A stretch of DNA of 56,185 nt. Source: a virus. Position numbers and translations under genes: made by a program. Below the pieces are notes generated by a model. It worked only from the letters and a program-made list of their open reading frames with translations, did no database searches and was not told the origin of the DNA. The stretch covers positions 1 through 56,185 of IMG/VR virus record IMGVR_UViG_3300048080_000167, one strand, 5' to 3'. Shown here piece by piece: positions 32,358 through 38,849 of the stretch; positions within the stretch are counted from its first letter, which is position 1; every line of letters begins with the position of its first letter.

Positions 32358-32642
32358 GTGGACGCGAGCGGGCTGAAGAGGAAGACGCGACGCTGGACAG
32401 AGCAGGAACGCGCGGAGATCCGGCAAGCGCTCGCCGACGCGCTCGAGGGCGTGCTCTGCTATGACGTCGCGCTCTCGGCTCATCTCGCGATCGCGTCGGC
32501 TTCGGACTCGCACGACGCCGACGTAGCGCTGGCCTATTCCCAGATGCTCTCGCCAACGTCGCTCATCGCGGCCGTCTCCTGCTCGCTCGTGGCTTCGAGA
32601 GAAGCGCTCGAGCGCGCGATCCGAAACGAAGAGCAGACATGA
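32358..32642 (+). CDS. Hypothetical small protein
   Basis: RBS ggagagga followed by GTG. 94 aa. Confidence 0.5.
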   Translation: MDASGLKRKTRRWTEQERAEIRQALADALEGVLCYDVALSAHLAIASASDSHDADVALAYSQMLSPTSLIAAVSCSLVASREALERAIRNEEQT

Positions 32643-32827
32643 GCGAGTCGATCGCGTCGAAGCCCAAGCCCCCGGCCCGAGTCATCGTCACGCTCGAGTG
32701 CGAAGGCTGCCGCTATCTCTGGAACCTGTCGCTGGAGCCGGGCAAGGTCGCCGGCGTGCATCGCTGCGCGCGCTGTCTCGAGACGAAGGCGCGCCCGGTC
32801 GAACGCATGGGCAAGAGGAAGTCGTGA
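32639..32827 (+). CDS. Small zinc-ribbon protein
   Basis: ATGA overlap. CEGC...17 aa...CARC. Confidence 0.5.
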   Translation: MSESIASKPKPPARVIVTLECEGCRYLWNLSLEPGKVAGVHRCARCLETKARPVERMGKRKS

Positions 32828-33378
32828 ACGGGCGCACGCCCCCGGGTGTCGGTAGTGCTCGCTTCGGCCCGGACGCGACCCGGCGCTACTGGCTCCGGCG
32901 CGTGTGGGAGCCATCCTGCCATCTCGCCGTCTGGGTCATGCTCAATCCGAGCGTCGGCTCGGCCGAGCGCATGGACCCGACGCTCTGGCGCGTCGCCGAC
33001 TTCTCGAAGCGCGAAGGCTTCGGGGGCTTCCACGTGGTCAATCTCTATGCCCGGGTCGCGACCGATCCACGCGCGCTCTTCGCGCTTCCGAGTCCGGATC
33101 GCGCCGGACCCCTAAGCGATCCCTGGCAAGCTCAGGCTCTTACGGAAGCTGTCGTCTCCGGTTGCTGGCACTCAGGTTGGCGCGAGCAGGCGCCGAGGAG
33201 ATCGCTCATCGTCGCCTGGGGGAATCACGGGCACGAGTCGCCCTCTGCTCAGTGGCTCGTCTCGCTGGCTCGCGTGCGCGGGGTAGACTTCGTCTCGCTC
33301 GGGCAGACGAGCACGGGCGCTCCGCGCCACCCTCTCCGTATCCCGAGCGCGACGGAGTTTCGGAAGTGGCCGTGCTGA
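32824..33378 (+). CDS. DUF1643 domain protein
   Basis: RBS aggaag followed by GTG, overlapping the upstream TGA. RYWLRRVWE....AVWVMLNPS.....DPT..R...F....GFGG..VVNLYA......P..L.......IVAWG.......G.PRHPL matches DUF1643 as I remember it. Confidence 0.65.
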   Translation: MNGRTPPGVGSARFGPDATRRYWLRRVWEPSCHLAVWVMLNPSVGSAERMDPTLWRVADFSKREGFGGFHVVNLYARVATDPRALFALPSPDRAGPLSDPWQAQALTEAVVSGCWHSGWREQAPRRSLIVAWGNHGHESPSAQWLVSLARVRGVDFVSLGQTSTGAPRHPLRIPSATEFRKWPC

Positions 33379-33512
33379 ACGATCCCGAAGGCATCTGTCT
33401 CTGCGGGCACGTCTTCGACGAGCACGAAGCGACGTCTCCTCACGGATACTTCGCCTGCTCCGTCGCCGGCTGCGAATGCCGGGGCTTTGAGGAGCCCGAC
33501 ATTTCGTGGTGA
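33372..33512 (+). CDS. Small Cys/His-rich protein (46 aa)
   Basis: The GTG overlaps the DUF1643 stop. C.C.H...H...C....C.C pattern. Confidence 0.4.
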   Translation: MLNDPEGICLCGHVFDEHEATSPHGYFACSVAGCECRGFEEPDISW

Positions 33513-33841
33513 GCCGACGTGCGCTGCTCGTGATGCTCGAGCCGAACGGCGTCGAGATCGCTGCCATCTACGTCGACGGCGACCCTCCCCCTCTCCAGGT
33601 GTACGTGCCGGTGCTCTTGAGAAGTCGCGAGACGCTGGCCGACGAAATACCCGACGATGGGCCGACGGTTCGCGCTCGGCTCTTCGAGCTGGTGAAGGTC
33701 AAGCGAGGGCAGGATCTCGTGTCGACCGACGAGCTGCTGATCTACGTCGAAGCAGGAGGCTACCCATGCACATCTCCGAAGCTACGGTCATCGCGTTCGA
33801 GCCGCAGCGCTACACTTCGGCTCGTCGTCTCGAAGCCTTGA
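33506..33841 (+). CDS. Hypothetical protein; the last ~75 nt overlap the next gene out of frame
   Basis: GC3 is high to about 33760. The GTG at 33509 overlaps the upstream TGA. Confidence 0.45.
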   Translation: MVSRRALLVMLEPNGVEIAAIYVDGDPPPLQVYVPVLLRSRETLADEIPDDGPTVRARLFELVKVKRGQDLVSTDELLIYVEAGGYPCTSPKLRSSRSSRSATLRLVVSKP

Positions 33842-33954
33842 AAGAGCTGAAGGCGCTCTATCAGAATGAGAAGCTGAAGCCGCCCCGGGGCTTGCAGAGT
33901 CTCATCGCCTCGCTCGAGAAGCGACTCACGCTGCCCGAGCCCGATGCCCACTGA
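33766..33954 (+). CDS. Hypothetical small helical protein
   Basis: Strong RBS aggagg, 7 nt, then ATG 33766. Confidence 0.55.
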   Translation: MHISEATVIAFEPQRYTSARRLEALKELKALYQNEKLKPPRGLQSLIASLEKRLTLPEPDAH

Positions 33955-34045
33955 CAGGTCGAGCTTCCCTTCCCGGCTCGCCTTCGCGTAGAGTGCTGGG
34001 GCCCGAGCGATTCTCGCCCGGCGCAAAACCCCTAATGGAGATCCC

Positions 34046-34699
34046 ATGCGACTGCTGATGACCCTGTTCTGCGCCGGCGCCTTCGTGCTCGCCGGCCCGG
34101 CAATGGCCGATCCTTGCGAGCACAACGGGAACGGCTCGCCGCCGTTCTGTGACGACGAGCCCGGTCCTCCCGGCCATCCCGGGCACGGTGGGCACGGGCA
34201 CGTAGACGTGGACGTCGACAACACCAACACCAACACCAACAGCGCGACGGCGTCGGCCGGAGCCGAAGCCTTTGCCGACGCGAACGCCAACGCCACAGCG
34301 TTCGGCGGCTTCGCCGCTGCCGAAGGTGGAAGCGCCGAGCAGTCCCAGGGGCAGAGCCAGAGCCAGGGACAGGAAACGGCCGTGGACGCGTCGAGTGAGG
34401 TGATCGTCGAGGGGGACCACGTCGAAGCGCTCGAGGCCGACGACCTGCCGGGCATCCCGGCGTCGATCTACGTGGACGCGTGCGGGAACGGGCTCGCGGC
34501 CGGCTTCCCTGGCGGCTCGGCGAGCTTCGGTGCTGGGAACCCCGTGTGTCTCTGGCTCGCGATCGGGCGCGCCGCGAATGAGCTGGGCGACCGCGAGCGA
34601 GCCGACCGGGCACTCGGCGAGGCCGAGGCAAGCCTGCGACGCCAGCGCTCCGTCTCGCGCTATCTCGAGGGCGTGCCGCTGATCGGGAGACTGTTCTAG
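34046..34699 (+). CDS. Secreted low-complexity protein (signal peptide, His/Gly/Pro block, NT/NA/SQG repeats, Cys-containing C-terminal domain)
   Basis: RBS ggagat followed by ATG. Signal-like MRLLMTLFCAGAFVLAGPAMA|DP. Contains HGGHGHVDVDVDNTNTNTNSATASAGAEAFADANANATAF...QSQGQSQSQGQ. Confidence 0.65.
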   Translation: MRLLMTLFCAGAFVLAGPAMADPCEHNGNGSPPFCDDEPGPPGHPGHGGHGHVDVDVDNTNTNTNSATASAGAEAFADANANATAFGGFAAAEGGSAEQSQGQSQSQGQETAVDASSEVIVEGDHVEALEADDLPGIPASIYVDACGNGLAAGFPGGSASFGAGNPVCLWLAIGRAANELGDRERADRALGEAEASLRRQRSVSRYLEGVPLIGRLF

Positions 34700-34824
34700 G
34701 CTCCCGGTGCTAGGGGGGTGGGCAGGGCACTAACCTAGGGGTGATGCCCGGCTCGCCTACGGTCCCCCGGCTTCGGAGCGTCATGAGACCCGCTCCGGGG
34801 CCGGGGGCCCAACCTGGAGGCGCC

Positions 34825-34998
34825 ATGCTCGACGTGCTCGCCGACGCTCGCCAGCTCTTCGCCGACTCGCTCTCGTGGATCGACTCAGCCCGAGACGTGC
34901 TCGTGCTGATCCTGCTCGGCTTCGCCGCGATGTTCGCGCTCACCTTCCTTGACGGCGCCGGGCGCCTGCTCGCGCGCTGGCTCTGGAGACGCCGATGA
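34825..34998 (+). CDS. Small membrane protein
   Basis: RBS tggagg followed by ATG 34825. One hydrophobic helix VLVLILLGFAAMFALTFL. Confidence 0.5.
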   Translation: MLDVLADARQLFADSLSWIDSARDVLVLILLGFAAMFALTFLDGAGRLLARWLWRRR

Positions 34999-35195
34999 CC
35001 GCGCTCCTGCTCTCCGCATTCCACTGGCTCGGGGGCGCGCTCGCCGTCTTCCTGCTCTTCGTGCTCGCACTCCTGATCGTGGTGCTGATCGGCTGGATGC
35101 AGGAGACGTGGCAAGCCCGAATCTCTCGACGTGCGCGTGAATGGCGAGTCGAGGACGTGCTCGAGAATCGGCGCCGGCGCGACGACGACTCCTGA
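34995..35195 (+). CDS. Small membrane protein with charged C-terminal tail
   Basis: ATGA overlap. LGGALAVFLLFVLALLIVVLIGW, then an RR/DD-rich tail. Confidence 0.55.
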   Translation: MTALLLSAFHWLGGALAVFLLFVLALLIVVLIGWMQETWQARISRRAREWRVEDVLENRRRRDDDS

Positions 35196-35248
35196 GCGCT
35201 CCCCTGCGACTCGTCATCGGGCTCGGCTACTCCCGAGGTGATTCGGCC

Positions 35249-35395
35249 GTGCGCGTGCGGCTCGAGTGCGGGCACGAGACGGTGCGACCCAGGGCAGGGT
35301 GGATCGACGGGCCCGACGAGCTACCGTGCTCGGCATGCGAACCCACGGGCTCTCCGGCTCCGTCAATCCCGGGCGCATCCAGCAGCGCGCGCTAG
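35249..35395 (+). CDS. Small zinc-ribbon-like protein (48 aa), tentative
   Basis: RBS gaggtga followed by GTG 35249. C.H...C..C pattern. High GC3. Overlaps the next gene by 61 nt. Confidence 0.35.
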   Translation: MRVRLECGHETVRPRAGWIDGPDELPCSACEPTGSPAPSIPGASSSAR

Positions 35396-35670
35396 CTCTC
35401 GCGCTCGCGCGCCAGGCCGAGCCTCGGATGTGGCTCCTCGGCTTCGAGGCTCGGGCCGTTCACCTGCACCGCTGGGCCGGGCTCTCGAAGCGAGACGCCG
35501 GCCGGCTCTGCCACCTGACCCGGACGAAGCGCCGGCAGGAGCAAAGCGTGGCCCGTCGAGAAGCGCGCAGCGATCGGCGCGCCGCGCGCCGTCACCGGCT
35601 CGAGGACTACCGGGAGAGCTGGCGCGCCCGGCTCGCGGCCCGGCTCGGCCGAGACGCGCTCGGCGTCTAG
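35335..35670 (+). CDS. Small basic protein
   Basis: ATG 35335. Very high GC3. Arg-rich and helical. Confidence 0.5.
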   Translation: MRTHGLSGSVNPGRIQQRALALALARQAEPRMWLLGFEARAVHLHRWAGLSKRDAGRLCHLTRTKRRQEQSVARREARSDRRAARRHRLEDYRESWRARLAARLGRDALGV

Positions 35671-35822
35671 GTCCGGCCGATCTCGCCGTCGCCGTCCGGC
35701 TCTTCCCAGGCCGGGCATGCTATGGTGGGCGCTGGCGACGCCGGGAGATCCGGGCGACTCTCCCACCCAGGAGCATCCCGCCTAGGGGGCCCGGCGTCGC
35801 CGTCGGGCTAGGGGAGCAGGGC

Positions 35823-38123
35823 GTGACGTTCGGCGAGCGAGTCCGTAGCCTCGTGCCCGTAAAGGTGGAGCGCCCGGACGCGGCGGTGCTCGCCTTGCTC
35901 TCTGAGCTCACCCAGGCTGGGGGGCTCCCGGCCGGCATGAAGCAGCTCACCCTGCCCGGCCGGGGCGGCACGTTCCTGCTGTCCTTCAACCGGACGGGCA
36001 CTACCGTCAACCGAGGCACCGAACAGCTCCTCCGGGCCTATGCGAGCCAGCCGTGGCTCCGGGGGATCGAAAGCAAGGTGGCCCGGGGCGTCGCGTCGAC
36101 GCCGTGGCAGGTGTTCGCCGTGAAGGGGGAGCCGGCGACCGATCCGCGCCGGCTGCGGTCGCTCAAGCAGCGGTTCCTGCTCTCGGGGCCGGCGACGCGC
36201 GCCGGGCTCGTGCGGGGGCTCGCGAAGCAGGGCGTCCTCGAGCCCCTGGACACTTCACCTCTGCTCGACTTTCTCGGGCGCGGGAATCCCTACCACCCCG
36301 GGCTCCTGACGATGCAGCTCACCCAGACGCATCTGGATCTCGTCGGCGAAGCCTTCTGGCTGATCGAACGCGATCAGCGCGGCCAGCCGCTCTTCTACTG
36401 GAACCTGCCCCCGTCGTGGGTGCGATCGACGCCGCTACCGGGCGATCCCGTGCCGACCTTCCGCGTGCGCTTCGACGGGCCCGAGGTGCCGATCCCGGCG
36501 AGCGAGATCATCTGGTATCAGGACCCCGATCCGCTCCAGCCCTACGGCCGGGGCACGGGCTTGGCGAAGGCTCTCGGCGACGAGTTGGACACCGACGAGT
36601 TCGCCGCCAAGTACCTGCGCCAGTGGTTCCTGAACGATGCCATCCCGCCGGTGATCGTCTCCGGAGACGGGCTCCAGCCGCAGGAAACGGCCCGGCTCGA
36701 GAGCGACTGGACGTCGAGGAATCAGGGATTCTGGCAGCGCTTCAAGCCGTACTTCATGAGCCGTAAGGTCGAAGTCACGAAGCTGGCCGCGAGCTTCGCC
36801 GAGATGCAGGTGGTCGACCTGCGAAAGAATCAGCGGGACACCGTCATGCAGGTGTACGGCGTGCCCCCGGAAGTCTTCGGCATTCTCGAGAACAGCAACC
36901 GAGCGACGATCGAAAGCGCCGACTTCCTGATGGCGCGCTGGGTTCTCGTGCCCCGGCTGGAGCTACTGCGCGCGACGGCGCAGCACCGGCTCGTGCCGAT
37001 GTTCGGCGACAACCTGCTGCTCGACTACGTCTCGCCGGTCGCCGAGGACAAGGAGTTCACGCTCAAGGTCATGCAGGCGGCGAGCTGGGCCTTCACCGCC
37101 GACGAGTGGCGCGCGCTCGCCGGGCGCGACGAGCTACCGGGAGACGGAGCGATCCATCTGGTGCCCTTCAACCTGCTCGGCGTCAAGCGGCTATCCGACC
37201 TGATCGCCGACCCGGCCGACGAGCGCGAGCCGGAGCCCGAGCCGGAGCCGACGCCCGAGCCGGACGACGAGGACGAGCCGGAGGACGAGCCCGAGGACGA
37301 AGAGGACGACGAGAAGAGCCGGCGGCTGGCGCTCCCGGCCCCGGACCGGAAGCAGGATGACCTGACCGGGGAGCAGGCCGAGCTGGTGCGGAGGACGCTC
37401 GCTGCGATCAAGTCGCGGCTGCTCGAAGAGCAGGTCGAGCCGGTCGCCGCGGGCACGCTCGAGGATTTCGGCAACCGGGCCGTGCGCGACGCGCTCGGGC
37501 AGGCCGCGGACTTCGACCTGAGCGATCCCCGGGTGGTCGACTACCTCAAGAATCGCACCAGCGACAAGATCCGGGGGGCGACTCGGACCACGCAGCGGCA
37601 GGTAGCGCGCGCTCTCGCGGCCGGCTTCGCCGAAGGCGAGAGCATCGACCGGCTCTCGCAGCGCGTGCGAGCCGTCTTCCGGGTCGCCAGCGCCGTGCGC
37701 GCGCACACCATCGCCAGGACCGAGACGGTGCGCGCCGCCAACTTCGGCACGCTCGAGGGCTCCCGGCAGGCGGGCGCGACGGGCAAGGAATGGGTAGCCG
37801 TGCGCGACGAGCGCACGCGGGACGCGCACCAGTCGCTCGACGGCACCGTGGTCGGGATCGACGAGGACTTCGTGAGCGAGAACGGGGGCTCTGGCCCCCA
37901 CCCGGGCGAGATGGACGAAGCGAGCGACGACATTCAGTGCCGGTGCACGACCACCTCCGTGTTCGGCGAAGCGAGCGCGAGCGCCCGGACGGCCGACGTC
38001 CGGGCGGCGATCTGGGCGGCCTTCGAGCAGGAGCGCGCGCCCTGGGAGCGCCTGCATCTGGCGGCGACGCGCCGGGGGCTCTCGGCGCAGAGCGCCGCGG
38101 CCGTGTCGGCTCTCCGGGGCTAG
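35823..38123 (+). CDS. Portal protein fused through an acidic Pro/Glu linker to a MuF / SPP1 gp7-like head-morphogenesis domain
   Basis: RBS ggggag followed by GTG 35823. Portal-like AYASQPWLRGIESKVARGVASTPWQVF... Linker EREPEPEPEPTPEPDDEDEPEDEPEDEEDDEK at about 37215..37320. MuF-like ...RAHTIARTETVRAANFG...WVAVRDERTRDAHQSLDG....F......PGE....C.RC. Confidence 0.8.
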   Translation: MTFGERVRSLVPVKVERPDAAVLALLSELTQAGGLPAGMKQLTLPGRGGTFLLSFNRTGTTVNRGTEQLLRAYASQPWLRGIESKVARGVASTPWQVFAVKGEPATDPRRLRSLKQRFLLSGPATRAGLVRGLAKQGVLEPLDTSPLLDFLGRGNPYHPGLLTMQLTQTHLDLVGEAFWLIERDQRGQPLFYWNLPPSWVRSTPLPGDPVPTFRVRFDGPEVPIPASEIIWYQDPDPLQPYGRGTGLAKALGDELDTDEFAAKYLRQWFLNDAIPPVIVSGDGLQPQETARLESDWTSRNQGFWQRFKPYFMSRKVEVTKLAASFAEMQVVDLRKNQRDTVMQVYGVPPEVFGILENSNRATIESADFLMARWVLVPRLELLRATAQHRLVPMFGDNLLLDYVSPVAEDKEFTLKVMQAASWAFTADEWRALAGRDELPGDGAIHLVPFNLLGVKRLSDLIADPADEREPEPEPEPTPEPDDEDEPEDEPEDEEDDEKSRRLALPAPDRKQDDLTGEQAELVRRTLAAIKSRLLEEQVEPVAAGTLEDFGNRAVRDALGQAADFDLSDPRVVDYLKNRTSDKIRGATRTTQRQVARALAAGFAEGESIDRLSQRVRAVFRVASAVRAHTIARTETVRAANFGTLEGSRQAGATGKEWVAVRDERTRDAHQSLDGTVVGIDEDFVSENGGSGPHPGEMDEASDDIQCRCTTTSVFGEASASARTADVRAAIWAAFEQERAPWERLHLAATRRGLSAQSAAAVSALRG

Positions 38124-38344
38124 ACCTTGAAGCGCGCCGACCGATTCTCGACTTCGAGCCGGATCGCTTCTCGGCATCGCGTCTCGCAGGTATCGAAGCC
38201 TAGATAGCTCCCGAACCCCGGCCGGTAGTTTCCGCCTGCGAAGCGCCAGGGGACGTAGATCACCCAGCCGCCGTTCGCCTGCTCCTCGAGAATCGCGAGG
38301 CCGTAGGGCGTTTCGATGCGCTTCGTCGCCTTCGTCGTGCTCAT
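38120..38344 (-). CDS. Opposite-strand small gene (moron) starting MSTTKATK
   Basis: The only minus-strand gene in the late region. Its start and 5' leader are near-identical to early-operon leader copy A. Confidence 0.6.
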   Translation of the reverse strand: MSTTKATKRIETPYGLAILEEQANGGWVIYVPWRFAGGNYRPGFGSYLGFDTCETRCREAIRLEVENRSARFKV

Positions 38345-38416
38345 GCTCTTCTCTTCGGCAGCATGCGCCCCCGGAGTGAAGCTCCTCCACCCCGGTGCGC
38401 AGCTCCGGGGCTAGCC
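38345..38416 (-). promoter_or_regulatory. Conserved leader element, copy E
   Basis: Minus-strand sense: GCTAGCCCCGGAGCTGCGCACCGGGGTGGAGGAGCTTCACTCCGGGGGCGCATGCTGCCGAAGAGAAGAGCATG. Confidence 0.8.
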
Positions 38417-38603
38417 GGGGCGAACGGGCCCGGCCCCTGCTCCGGGGAGTGCCACCTGGCCGAGCTTCGCGCCTAGGGCAGCCTGCGCGTCCAGAAGGGC
38501 GGGCCGGGCCCCCCGAGAGGGGGAACCTAGGCTCCCCCGGAGACGGGGCTCGAGGAGGGCGCGGAGCTGCGCATCGCCGGACCCCTCAACGTGATACCGC
38601 GAC

Positions 38604-38638
38604 GACTTGCCGGCTCCCGGACCTGCCCACTGAGAGGG
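38604..38638 (+). repeat. Direct repeat r2 (GACTTGCcggctcCCGGACCTGCCCACTGAGAGGG) upstream of the head genes
   Basis: Pairs with r3, 83 bp downstream. Lies in a ~430-bp stretch (38417..38849) with no convincing CDS. Confidence 0.7.
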
Positions 38639-38686
38639 GGCACGAGGGGAGCTATGTGGGCAGGGTCCTTTCCACGCAACTCCGAG

Positions 38687-38721
38687 GACTTGCGCGTCGC
38701 CGGACCCTGCCACTGAGAGGG
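38687..38721 (+). repeat. Direct repeat r3 (GACTTGCgcgtcgCCGGACCCTGCCACTGAGAGGG)
   Basis: Second copy of r2. Each copy is followed by GCTATG. Confidence 0.7.
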
Positions 38722-38849
38722 CTATGGGAGGACGCCATGTCGGGGGGCTCGAGAGCCGGCAAGATGCCCGACCCTCACGAGGAGCCTTGACCCGCGCCAG
38801 CTTCGGCGTCTATGCTGGCCCCCGAGCGCTCCGGCTCCCGGGAGAGCAG

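Noticed and set aside
33166-33180. Second sigma-54-like site (TGGCAC-N5-TTGG).
   Set aside because: The -12 element is imperfect and the site lies in the middle of the DUF1643 coding sequence, so it is likely chance.
35238-35822. Upstream 195-codon extension of the portal ORF.
   Set aside because: GC3 is low in this frame. The region is occupied by better-supported small genes in other frames (35249..35395 and 35335..35670). An RBS ggggag precedes GTG 35823.
37900-38123. Possible polymorphic-toxin module at the C-terminus of the MuF domain.
   Set aside because: Only about 65 residues follow the MuF core. They show no recognisable toxin motif, and there is no adjacent immunity-like gene in the same orientation.
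38724-38849. Upstream in-frame ATG for the prohead protease (track ORF 38724..40460).
   Set aside because: Third-position GC is only moderate. The stretch overlaps direct repeat r3. ATG 38850 has its own RBS gggagag. An extension cannot be fully excluded.
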